A DNA stretch of 39,989 nucleotides from a bacterium (GCA_041559575.1 JBFFDD010000002.1:1-39989), one strand, 5' to 3'; positions 18,750-27,459 are shown, numbered from the stretch's first letter. A program made the numbers and translations. The notes: generated by a model from the sequence alone, not told the origin.

Positions 18750-18890
18750 TCAGATCACTCGCCGGACGGGGTGGTTTAAAACCCGGTTACTGGACCCGAG
18801 ATTCCAGACGCCGGACCCAGGGGTTGCCCTCTGCGTTACTCCGCGTACTCTGTGGTTAAACCTTTTCCCATTTTCAGATAGAATTATCCT

Positions 18891-19988
18891 ATGGCCCGAT
18901 GTGAACTCTGCCATTTGTCGGATCGGACAATTTCCCGGGAATTGGGGGTCTGTCTCCGGTGTATCAGGGAAGATCCCGACCAGGCTCTCCCGTTGGCGGG
19001 CGAGGCCCACCGCCGGAGCCGGAGGGAATTTGGCCTGCCGGAAAAGGTCCCCAAGCATGCTGACGGACTTGCCTGTATCGTCTGCGTCAACGAATGCCTG
19101 ATCCCCGAGGGAGAGCGGGGGTACTGCGGCCTGAGGATTAACGAGGGAGGAAAGCTGACCGGCGTCTCCTCAGACCGGGGAAAACTGTCCTGGTACCGCG
19201 ATCCCCTGCCCACCAACTGTGTCTCCGACTGGGTGTGTCCCGCCGGGACCGGATGCGGATATCCGGAGTACTCCCTCACCAGCGGCCCGGAGGTCGGTTA
19301 TAGCAACCTGGCGGTCTTCTTCCACGCCTGCTCCCTGGAGTGCCTTTCCTGCCAGAACTGGCAATTCCGGAACGCCACCATGGAACCTGAGGTCAAGTCG
19401 CCGGAAGACCTCGCTGAGGCGGTGGACGACCGGACAGCCTGCATCTGTTATTTCGGCGGCGACCCGGCGCCCCAGGCTCCGTTTGCCATCCAGGCGTCCC
19501 AAGCCGCCATGAAAAGGAGGAAAAAAGGCATCCTGAGGATATGCTGGGAGACCAACGGCACAGCCGCGACCCACCTCATGGACGATATGCTCGAGCTTTC
19601 CCTGACCTCCGGCGGCTGTGTCAAGTTCGATCTGAAAGCACACGATGAGAAGCTGGCCCTCGCCCTGACAGGGGTCACCAATCGACGCACCCTGGAAAAC
19701 TTCCAGAGGACAGTGGAGGCGTCAAGGGATCGCCCCATCCCTCCCCCGGTGGTAGCCAGTACCTTGATGGTCCCCGGCTACATCGACGAAAGTGAGATCC
19801 GCTCCATCGCCCGGTTCATCGCCTCGGCCGATCCCGGCATCCCCTACAGCCTCCTGGCCTTCTATCCCCATTTCCGCATGCGGGACCTCCCGCTTATGAC
19901 CAGAGATGAGGCTGAGGCGATGAGGGATAGCGCGCTGGCAGAGGGACTGACCCGGGTGAAGTTGGGGAATGAGCATTTATTGAGATAG
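18891..19988 (+). CDS. radical SAM enzyme, PflA/AmmeMemoRadiSam-like activase family, with Cys-rich N-terminal extension
   Basis: CX3CX2C motif CSLECLSCQNW. N-terminal CELCH...CLRC and CIVCVNEC clusters. GERGYCGLR motif typical of this rSAM subgroup. Confidence 0.75.
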   Translation: MARCELCHLSDRTISRELGVCLRCIREDPDQALPLAGEAHRRSRREFGLPEKVPKHADGLACIVCVNECLIPEGERGYCGLRINEGGKLTGVSSDRGKLSWYRDPLPTNCVSDWVCPAGTGCGYPEYSLTSGPEVGYSNLAVFFHACSLECLSCQNWQFRNATMEPEVKSPEDLAEAVDDRTACICYFGGDPAPQAPFAIQASQAAMKRRKKGILRICWETNGTAATHLMDDMLELSLTSGGCVKFDLKAHDEKLALALTGVTNRRTLENFQRTVEASRDRPIPPPVVASTLMVPGYIDESEIRSIARFIASADPGIPYSLLAFYPHFRMRDLPLMTRDEAEAMRDSALAEGLTRVKLGNEHLLR

Positions 19989-20023
19989 GGATTAGAGATT
20001 GGAGATTGGAGATTGAAGATTGA
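19989..20023. repeat. heptamer array 5 x AGATTGR (complement of the AATCTCY family), starting on the base after the stop codon
   Basis: Reads ggattag agattgg agattgg agattga agattga. This is the same family as 5408..5498 in the opposite orientation. Confidence 0.85.
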
Positions 20024-20073
20024 AAACCAGAATAATATATCATTAGAGCATTAGAAAGATCCTTTAAACCATT

Positions 20074-20108
20074 AATGTCCAATATCTAATTTCTAATTTC
20101 CAATGGTC
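20074..20108. repeat. heptamer array 5 x AATNTCY, inverted partner of 19989..20023
   Basis: Reads aatgtcc aatatct aatttct aatttcc aatggtc. With 19989..20023 it forms an imperfect inverted repeat around an AT-rich 50-nt spacer. Confidence 0.7.
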
Positions 20109-20151
20109 AAAATATCTAGACACCAGACCCTGAAACCTGGACACCGCTCCC

Positions 20152-20727
20152 ATGGATTGGCACTCCCCATCACTCTTCGCTATCCTTGACGGTCGCGACG
20201 GAAAAGCCCTTCTTGGGCAATGCCTCAAAGGGGATTTCACCCCCGTGTTCCGGGCCCTCGCATTCCATAAGGTTCGATATCTCATTGTCGGCGGCGCGGC
20301 CATGAACCTGCACGGGATCCCCCGGTTGACGGATGATCTGGACCTGTTCGTAGATCTCCGTGAGGACAACCTGGTCCGGTTGCAGGCTGCCATGGAGGAT
20401 CTGGGATGTACGCCCCCTCCTTCGGTGGACCCTGACCACATCCTGCAGGAGGAGTCCCGGAAAATACTTTCCCGGGAAAGCTGCAGATCCACCATCTCAT
20501 TCATCAACCCTGAGGAACCCGGCCTCAAGGTCGAAATCCTGCTTCTGGCCCCAGCATCCTTCAATGAGGTCTACCCGAGGCGGCAGTGGACCCCCTTCGG
20601 CGAAATGGAACTCCCGGTCCTGTGCCTCGATGACATGATAAGGTTCCTTAACCTATACGGCCGGGACCAGGACCCAAGGGATATTCAGATATTGGAAAAA
20701 GTGCGGGAGATCAGAGGGAAGAGATAG
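20152..20727 (+). CDS. nucleotidyltransferase-fold (MNT-like) protein, uncharacterised
   Basis: The G-x(n)-DxD pattern VGGAAMNLHGIPRLTDDLDLFVD is typical of minimal nucleotidyltransferases. No adjacent HEPN-like partner is seen. Confidence 0.55.
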   Translation: MDWHSPSLFAILDGRDGKALLGQCLKGDFTPVFRALAFHKVRYLIVGGAAMNLHGIPRLTDDLDLFVDLREDNLVRLQAAMEDLGCTPPPSVDPDHILQEESRKILSRESCRSTISFINPEEPGLKVEILLLAPASFNEVYPRRQWTPFGEMELPVLCLDDMIRFLNLYGRDQDPRDIQILEKVREIRGKR

Positions 20728-20844
20728 TTTCCAGTTTCTAGTTTCCAGTTTTCAGTTTCCAGTTTCCAGTTTTCAGTTTCCAGCTTCCAGTTTCCAGTTC
20801 TCAGTACTTAGCTCTTAGTTCTTGGCTCTCAGTTCTCAGCTCCT
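20726..20844. repeat. 17 consecutive in-register heptamers drifting from AGTTTCC to AGTTCTC/AGCTCTT
   Basis: Counted directly: agtttcc agtttct agtttcc agttttc agtttcc agtttcc agttttc agtttcc agcttcc agtttcc agttctc agtactt agctctt agttctt ggctctc agttctc agctcct. The array starts inside the TAG stop of the upstream gene. Confidence 0.95.
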
Positions 20845-20859
20845 AAGAGATGTCCCTAC

Positions 20860-21843
20860 CTACCAGCGGACGATGGCGCCCGCCCAGGTCAGTCCGGCTC
20901 CAAACCCGATAAGGGCTACAATGTCGCCGTCCTTGATCCTGCCGTCCCGGTTTGCCTCGTCCAGGGCGATCGGTATGGTCCCGGCCGAGGTATTGCCGTA
21001 CCTGTCGAGGTTGATGACGAATTTCTCCTTGGCGATATCCAGGGACTTGGCGGCCGCCTCGATGATCCTGATGTTGGCCTGGTGGGGGATGATCCAGTCC
21101 ACATCAGCAAGGGTCAACCCGTCGGTCAGGGCGAGAGCCCCGTGTACGGCATCGGGCAGAGCCCTGACCCCGAACTTGAAAACCTCCTTACCCTCCATGC
21201 GGATGGCAAAGTCCTTGCTGCCGTATTCACCTAAGGGATTAAGATCTGCCACACCCGGTTCAACAGCCAACCAGGGCGGCGGGGCGGAACCGTCGGCTTT
21301 CAGGTAGGTGGAGAGGATGCCGCGGTCATCACCCTCATGGCGAAGGATGGCCGCTCCCCCTCCATCAGCGAACAGGACACAGGTGTTTCTGTCACTCCAG
21401 TCAAGGACCCTCGAAAGAGTCTCGGCTCCTATAACAAGGGCTGTTTTAACACCGTGATCCGGCATCATGCTGTCGGCCACCGCCAGGCCGTAGACAAATC
21501 CGGAACAGGCAGCCTCAAGGTCGAAGCAGGCGGCGTTGACGGCGCCGATCTTGCCCTGGACGAGACAGGCCGTAGATGGAAGAAGCCTGTCAGGTGACAG
21601 GGTGGCAACGATGATCAGATCGATCTCCTCCGCTCCGATGCCCGCCATCTCAATGGCATTCATCGCTGCGGCGGCACTGAAGTCCGAGGTGGTCTCGTGA
21701 TCCTCGGCGAGGCGCCGCTCCTTGATCCCGGTCCGGGACTGAATCCACTCATCCGATGTATCGACGATCTTGGCAAGATCCTGGTTGGTCACCACCCTGG
21801 CGGGAACCCCCGTCCCGGTTCCAATGATCCGGTTGCCCTTCAT
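20860..21843 (-). CDS. fabH: 3-oxoacyl-ACP synthase III (KAS III)
   Basis: Catalytic triad contexts ACSGFVYGL (Cys), IPHQANIRII (His) and GNTSAGTIPIAL (Asn); 327 aa. Confidence 0.9.
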   Translation of the reverse strand: MKGNRIIGTGTGVPARVVTNQDLAKIVDTSDEWIQSRTGIKERRLAEDHETTSDFSAAAAMNAIEMAGIGAEEIDLIIVATLSPDRLLPSTACLVQGKIGAVNAACFDLEAACSGFVYGLAVADSMMPDHGVKTALVIGAETLSRVLDWSDRNTCVLFADGGGAAILRHEGDDRGILSTYLKADGSAPPPWLAVEPGVADLNPLGEYGSKDFAIRMEGKEVFKFGVRALPDAVHGALALTDGLTLADVDWIIPHQANIRIIEAAAKSLDIAKEKFVINLDRYGNTSAGTIPIALDEANRDGRIKDGDIVALIGFGAGLTWAGAIVRW

Positions 21844-21973
21844 GAATCACCCTCCGAAACAGCTCCAGTTAAAAAAAACGGGAAACCGGGATCTCAGTTG
21901 CCGGCTTCCCCCCCGGGAGACCTCCTCAACGGCGGAAATCCCCCTCTCATATTCTATAACAGCAAATTCCCAA

Positions 21974-22762
21974 TTAATCAAAAGTACTCTTGACACCAAC
22001 AGCAAGCATCCGCCGATTCATGAAGCCAAAGTCTCCCCGGCGATCATGGGGGGAGAAATCCTTCCTCACCTCGATCTCGCAAAAACCAGTTTTCTCCATG
22101 AGACCGGCGAGATCAGCCGATTCGAAAAGACGGATCCGGTATGCCTGATCCCGCAGTAATCCCTTCTCCTTGCACATGACCAGTTCACGGGCTTTTACCG
22201 CGTTGCCGTTCAACACCCGTTCACGACAGACCACCACCGTCCCGTCCGTCTCATGCCATGCTATGGGGGATATATCCTCCTTGACCTTTCCCCCATCGGC
22301 CACATCCACCAGAAGGATACCGCCGGGTTTCAACAGGCGATGGGCCTCCCTGATGATCTTCCGGTCATCCTTCGCCTCAGGCAGATATCCGAGGGAATTC
22401 CCCATGATCAGGATGTGGTCAAAGGTTGAATCCGGCAACCCGGTATCCCGAGCATCTCCCTGGAGGAAGCGCACAGGGCACTCGCGCTCTTTGGCTATAT
22501 CTTTGCCTCGATCGATGAGGAACTGAGAATAATCCAGGACCGTGCAACCGGTGTATCCCCTTGATGCCAGTTCCAGGCTGTGCCTTCCCTGGCCGCCGCA
22601 CAGATCCAATATGAGATGATCCCGATCAAGGGGCAGGAGATCACAGATCAGGTCCACCTCACGGGCCGACAGCTCGTCATCACACACCGATCGTGCATCG
22701 GTGAGCAGGTAGACGTCATCGAAAAGTGTTTTCCACCAGTCCGGTGCAACTTCAATCGTCAT
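21974..22762 (-). CDS. class I SAM-dependent methyltransferase
   Basis: Motif I ILDLCGGQGRHS and post-I/II LKPGGILLVDV. Start at ATG 22762 has RBS GGAGGA and an ATGA overlap with the upstream gene's stop. Confidence 0.8.
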   Translation of the reverse strand: MTIEVAPDWWKTLFDDVYLLTDARSVCDDELSAREVDLICDLLPLDRDHLILDLCGGQGRHSLELASRGYTGCTVLDYSQFLIDRGKDIAKERECPVRFLQGDARDTGLPDSTFDHILIMGNSLGYLPEAKDDRKIIREAHRLLKPGGILLVDVADGGKVKEDISPIAWHETDGTVVVCRERVLNGNAVKARELVMCKEKGLLRDQAYRIRLFESADLAGLMEKTGFCEIEVRKDFSPHDRRGDFGFMNRRMLAVGVKSTFD

Positions 22763-24150
22763 GAATCCTCCGGATGGGCCCCGAAACTGAACAAACCATC
22801 CGAGGCAAAGACCGCAGGGCCGCCGCCCCACTTCTGGCTGCGGGAGATGGCCAGTTCCTCCTCCTCCATATCCACATATTCGTCCAGTTCACCGGCAAGC
22901 CACATCTTCTCGAGGGTCAGACAGTCTCCCCACATGGCTTCGCCGTAGTGTTCCAGGGCATCCAGATGCCCGGGGGCTATGATGCGGGGCCTCAGAGCGA
23001 TCCGAATGGGGCCGAGGAGGTAGGTAAACCGGTGCTCCAGAGCCAGTTCCTCCTGCAGATCGACCACTTGCCGAACATCCGCATATCCCATGGATACGAT
23101 AGCATCGTTGATCCTGTTCACCGCCTCCCGGACAGACATCCGGGAACGGAGTACGGCCATGGGCTGGACACCTCCTCCACTGCCGACGTTGGTGGGCACC
23201 CCGCCGAATCTGACAAGGAAACCGAACAGCCCATCAGGCCCCATAAGACAGCGGAAATCGGTCTGGTAGCGCTCGATGTCGATCCTTTCGTCCTCGACAT
23301 TGAGGGCGGGGTTGTCCTCCGCCCAGAGGTTCAGGGGTATCTTTTCCTGGACTATATAATCGCCCTTCCTCAGAGCGAGATCAATCGCGTCATCCGGGTC
23401 GGGATTGACCCCGCCGACACGGACCCCGATCCCTGAGTATCCTCTTTCAGGCTTGAGAACCAGGTTATCCCAGTTCTCACGGGTCCACTGCACCAGGTCG
23501 CCGATTTTTTCACCATCCGGCCCGGCAGCTTTCCTGGGGGAAAAGCGAGCTGTCCACGGAGTCCTCTTGACCGTCTCCGGGTGGAACCGGTCACGGTATT
23601 TTCCGTACATCACCTCGAACATGCTCTTGACGTTGATGGGTTCAGTCCCGCGGGGATTGATCACCCTTCCCTCCCGGACCGCCTGCAGGAGGGGGTCGAG
23701 ACCTTTTTTACGATGCAGCGACAGGAGGACATCGGTGTTGAAGTCCATGAAGATGGTTCCCACTGTCTCACCGCGCCATGAGACCCGGCCCGACTGAACC
23801 TCCAACTCATGGGGAGCTATCAGGGCACTGCTGATGCCGTCACACTCGTTGAGGCGCTTGGCAAGGTTGATGTTCTCCGTGACGTCCTCGAGGGTCTCCT
23901 CCTCAGCCACCACGGCGATAAACCCCGCATCGGACCCTTCCCGGTCCCTCTGGGCCTTGATCAGCATGTCGACAAACCCGTATACCGGATAGAGAAGTGG
24001 GTGGTCAAAATCAAGGTCTACGCCCATATTCCTGACCCGGTTCAGCCTCTCCCACACCGCCTTGCCGATGACCTGGGTAACCCTCTGGTAATCCCAACCG
24101 CCCGGGCTTCCCAGGTTCCATTCCGAATGATATCCGAGGAATTCTTCCAT
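22759..24150 (-). CDS. ATP-grasp-like putative amide-bond ligase (family not resolved)
   Basis: LVLKPERGYSGIGVRVGG ... YIVQEKIPL ... TDFRCLMGPDGLFGFLVRFGGVPTNVGSGGG matches the general ATP-grasp core (KP..G.gG.G; IvQe; R...N...GG). Long N- and C-terminal extensions. Confidence 0.5.
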   Translation of the reverse strand: MEEFLGYHSEWNLGSPGGWDYQRVTQVIGKAVWERLNRVRNMGVDLDFDHPLLYPVYGFVDMLIKAQRDREGSDAGFIAVVAEEETLEDVTENINLAKRLNECDGISSALIAPHELEVQSGRVSWRGETVGTIFMDFNTDVLLSLHRKKGLDPLLQAVREGRVINPRGTEPINVKSMFEVMYGKYRDRFHPETVKRTPWTARFSPRKAAGPDGEKIGDLVQWTRENWDNLVLKPERGYSGIGVRVGGVNPDPDDAIDLALRKGDYIVQEKIPLNLWAEDNPALNVEDERIDIERYQTDFRCLMGPDGLFGFLVRFGGVPTNVGSGGGVQPMAVLRSRMSVREAVNRINDAIVSMGYADVRQVVDLQEELALEHRFTYLLGPIRIALRPRIIAPGHLDALEHYGEAMWGDCLTLEKMWLAGELDEYVDMEEEELAISRSQKWGGGPAVFASDGLFSFGAHPEDS

Positions 24151-24159
24151 GATTCGTTC

Positions 24160-24257
24160 GTTCCAGGTTTCAGGTTTCAGGTTTCAGAAAATGTTCCAAA
24201 ATCCAAGGTCCAAAATCAACAATAAGAACCTTTAACCACAGAGGACACAGAGAGGGG
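24160..24257. repeat. 14 in-register heptamers spanning four motif families (GTTTCAG, TCCAAAA, CTTTAAC, CACAGAG)
   Basis: Reads gttccag gtttcag gtttcag gtttcag aaaatgt tccaaaa tccaagg tccaaaa tcaacaa taagaac ctttaac cacagag gacacag agagggg. Confidence 0.85.
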
Positions 24258-24328
24258 AGTCTTAGGGTCTAGGTTCTAGAATCCATTCTAGATCCCGCGC
24301 AAAGGCCTTGATTCTTTGTTTTACAACC

Positions 24329-25966
24329 TTAATCCTGATTCTTCTCTGTGGCCTCTGTGATCCCTGTGGTTCGATCTTCCCCTTTTTTCAGTATCTCCTC
24401 CAGATGATCAAAGCCGATCTCGCCGCTGGCCAGAATCCGTCTGACGAAAGTAGCCGTTTCGCTCACACCATAGCGGTCGAACAGTCGCCTGAACGTCCTC
24501 GACCCCAGAGTGTAACACATCTGGTAACCGGGGCGCAGGGCGTATTTTTCCACCGTCATTTTCGCTCTTTCCGGCGGGAACCCCTCTGCAGTCAGGACCC
24601 TGGCAGCCCTGACAGGATCCAGCCGTCCCTGATGGAGAAGGAGGTCCACCGCCCCTCTGACCGCATGCCGATAACGCCGCCGGGCCAGGAGGAGTCGATC
24701 ATAGGGGCGGTTAAAATAGCCCGTATCGCGGACCAGCTCTTCGGCAAAACAGGCCCAACCCTCGTAGAAAAGGGGATATTCCAAAGGACGTCGAAGGGCC
24801 CTGGCCTGGCTCCAACGGGAAAGGTCCAGAAGATGGTGCCCTGGCCAGGCCTCGTGGGCCACTGTCATGCGATAAACAGGGTGGATCTGATTGACCGCAG
24901 CACCCAGACTGCCGCCAGCGAAAATATAGAAGGTGCCGCCGGGATACGGATGGCCCGGCCGGGCATTGTAGGAATCGGCCGCCCGCACAGCGCTGAGGGA
25001 TTCAGGCAGGACAGCAACCTCGAGGGTGCTCTGACGTGCGATGTGGCTGTTCACGAACCCCTGTTCCAGACAGTGTCGTCTGAGGGATTGTATCTCCTGC
25101 CCGAGGAGCTCCAGCTTTCCACCCTCGGGCACCCTATCGTGGGGCACCATCATCCAGGCATCCCGCCATGATTGACAGTGGCCGACTCGAAAAGCCTCCT
25201 CCTGCACCATGGCCCTCATAAAGGCTCTTTCATGGCTCAACTCGTCAAGGATCTGCGAAAGGGAGAGTCCGGAGCCGAAATGGTCTGAAAGCAGCCTCTC
25301 CAGGAGATCCTGGGGCAGCCGGAAATCCTCGACGGTGGGTGCCGAGTGGAGGCCTTCGGAAAATCCCTCAAGAGCATGGCAGGCAGTCTCGACTCCCTCC
25401 AGTCCCCGGAGAGTCCGGAGCCATTTGATGATGGCCTCCGTCATCTCGATCCCCATCCTGAGGAAGAGTTCCGGGACATCCTCCAGGTAGAGTCCGCACC
25501 TGTCAACAAATGCGGAAAGTCCGGCGATCCTTTTTCTAAAGGCATTTTCCCCGGCTTCCAGGGCCTGAATAAGGCCGGCCGTGACAACGGTGAGAGCAAA
25601 GGTGGGCTGATTCCGCTGGGATTTGACCTCCCGGAGCTGTTCCCGCAGGGTCCGGGACATCCGGACCAGGATCTCGGCGTCGATCAGGGTATCCATATCC
25701 CCATCTTCCCGCCGAAGGGACCTCGCCAGACCCTCCAGACCGGATTCCCATCCGGACAGTCTGCGGCAGACGTCTTCCACCCGATCTGGTGAAAGATCGT
25801 CCCAAACCGACCAGTCAGGCTCCATCCTGGTGGCCTGGGGGAAGAAGATGAACTCATCACTGGCACAGCAGATGGGAAAGGCCTCCGCCAGGGTTGCGTA
25901 CATCTCGCTGGCGATGGAGTCGATCCGGGACTGGATGGATGTCTTTTCTCCTCTGTCGCTTACCAT
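24329..25966 (-). CDS. DUF885 family protein (metallopeptidase-like HExxPGHH motif)
   Basis: 545 aa. The motif VAHEAWPGHHLL matches the DUF885 hallmark HE..PGHH. The C-terminal codons run into CTCTGTG-type repeats. Confidence 0.7.
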   Translation of the reverse strand: MVSDRGEKTSIQSRIDSIASEMYATLAEAFPICCASDEFIFFPQATRMEPDWSVWDDLSPDRVEDVCRRLSGWESGLEGLARSLRREDGDMDTLIDAEILVRMSRTLREQLREVKSQRNQPTFALTVVTAGLIQALEAGENAFRKRIAGLSAFVDRCGLYLEDVPELFLRMGIEMTEAIIKWLRTLRGLEGVETACHALEGFSEGLHSAPTVEDFRLPQDLLERLLSDHFGSGLSLSQILDELSHERAFMRAMVQEEAFRVGHCQSWRDAWMMVPHDRVPEGGKLELLGQEIQSLRRHCLEQGFVNSHIARQSTLEVAVLPESLSAVRAADSYNARPGHPYPGGTFYIFAGGSLGAAVNQIHPVYRMTVAHEAWPGHHLLDLSRWSQARALRRPLEYPLFYEGWACFAEELVRDTGYFNRPYDRLLLARRRYRHAVRGAVDLLLHQGRLDPVRAARVLTAEGFPPERAKMTVEKYALRPGYQMCYTLGSRTFRRLFDRYGVSETATFVRRILASGEIGFDHLEEILKKGEDRTTGITEATEKNQD

Positions 25967-25980
25967 GGGAGAATATTACA

Positions 25981-26024
25981 GGGGAAAGGAAAAAGGGAAA
26001 AGGGGAAGGTGGAAAAGTGAAAGC
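25981..26024. repeat. purine-rich heptamer array (GGGAAAA/GGAAAGT family)
   Basis: Reads ggggaaa ggaaaaa gggaaaa ggggaag gtggaaa agtgaaa. Confidence 0.6.
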
Positions 26025-26121
26025 AATTTCCAGGATCTGGTGTCTGGAATCTTGAGTATGGAACCCAGATCTTAGAACCCGCAGCCAGGACCTGGATTTC
26101 CCCTCTGCAGTTTATGTCTTG

Positions 26122-26156
26122 ACTTAGCACTTAGCACTTTGTGCTTAGCACTGCTT
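26122..26156. repeat. heptamer array 5 x ACTTAGC-type, ending 1 nt before a minus-strand stop codon
   Basis: Reads acttagc acttagc actttgt gcttagc actgctt. Confidence 0.7.
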
Positions 26157-26157
26157 T

Positions 26158-26502
26158 TCAGCACGTTAAATGCAGCGCCGCGGCGACCCTCTCCCCTTTC
26201 TTCATCAGCTCGTTGAACCGCTCGCAGGCCCGATCCGTCGTCAGGACTTCGACCTGTATCCCGGCCGATTCCATATCCTTCACTGTCTCCTCCGGAACGC
26301 ACATATGTCCGGAGGATCCCTTGCCTACGACGAGGATAACCGGACGGTATGCCAGAACCTCAGCCAGGTCTGCGGTGAACAGCCTGTGCCCCTCGTTGCG
26401 CCACCAGTTCTCCTTGACATCCGGAGGCAGGAGGACGACATCGCTGCCGTAATCCTTTCCATCGACCCTGATGGTCCCGAACCTGAATCCCTCGATCCTC
26501 AT
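26158..26502 (-). CDS. Mth938-like domain protein (DUF498/NDUFAF3-like)
   Basis: 114 aa. IEGFRFGTIRVDGKDYGSDVVLLP...ILVVGKGSSGHM pattern typical of the Mth938 fold family. Confidence 0.65.
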   Translation of the reverse strand: MRIEGFRFGTIRVDGKDYGSDVVLLPPDVKENWWRNEGHRLFTADLAEVLAYRPVILVVGKGSSGHMCVPEETVKDMESAGIQVEVLTTDRACERFNELMKKGERVAAALHLTC

Positions 26503-26694
26503 GCCTTTTTTAACCTCGATATCCGTAATAATTATTAGACGACAGGCTTAACCGGCTCAGTACGCAAAGAGGAGGAATGAGATTTTCCCAGCTTTTCGGT
26601 TTTCCTGGTTTAGGCTGTATTTTTTCCCTAACCCTTCCCCTGTCCTTCTCCGTGTGCTCTGTGGGTCCGTGTGGAACCCTCTGTTCTCTGTGGT

Positions 26695-27249
26695 TTAAGG
26701 CTCTGCTTCATCTTCCTTCTTCGTCTCCGGATTCAGGATTTTCACCAGCTCCCCCACCAGACGATCCCTGTTCTCGCCGGTCACCTCAACGAGCTGGACA
26801 TCCCCCCGGCCCCTGATCTCCCTGATAAACGGGGCACCGCCCAGGGCGACAGTTCCCAGGATCGGATTAGGACCGTCCAGGACCTCCCTTACTCTGTCGC
26901 AGAACAGCTGCGACAGACATTCCATCTTCCCGACCTCATCTACAACGATCAGCTGGTTATTGTGCGCTGGATCCAGGGAGGGAACCACTAACCGGTCCAC
27001 ACACTCCAGATCCACCCCGTAACGCCCAACCCGGTGGGGGCCTTTGATACTCACGTCCGAGAGCCCGCCCCTCTGCCCGTCGAGGGTGACCACGGCGAAT
27101 CCGCGCCGCCTGCCGTCGGTCCCTCGAATCTCCTCAGTGTAAAATCCGGTTGCTGACAGTGCCAGGGAACTGACGACCCTTCGGATGACCGTTGTCTTGC
27201 CGCACCCGGGTGCACCGGTGAGAAAGAGGTTCTGGCCGTGTCGCTCCAT
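26695..27249 (-). CDS. nucleoside-triphosphatase, THEP1/NTPase_1 family
   Basis: Walker A LTGAPGCGKTT, Walker B LIVVDEVGKME, about 180 aa, COG1618-like layout. Confidence 0.75.
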   Translation of the reverse strand: MERHGQNLFLTGAPGCGKTTVIRRVVSSLALSATGFYTEEIRGTDGRRRGFAVVTLDGQRGGLSDVSIKGPHRVGRYGVDLECVDRLVVPSLDPAHNNQLIVVDEVGKMECLSQLFCDRVREVLDGPNPILGTVALGGAPFIREIRGRGDVQLVEVTGENRDRLVGELVKILNPETKKEDEAEP

Positions 27250-27459
27250 ACGGTCATTAAAACGGAGTTGAGAGGGTTGTTCAAGGAGGAAGGGTAAAGA
27301 AAAGTGGAAGGTGGAAAGGGAGGAACATTCGTCCTATGGGATGAGATGTCGGAGTATCGGGGTGCCGGGGTAATGGCGCAAAAACATAAGCGTTGAAAGA
27401 ATCGAGCGAAGCCATTAACAGGAATCACGCCTCTGACGAGATGACGAATCAATCCCTTA

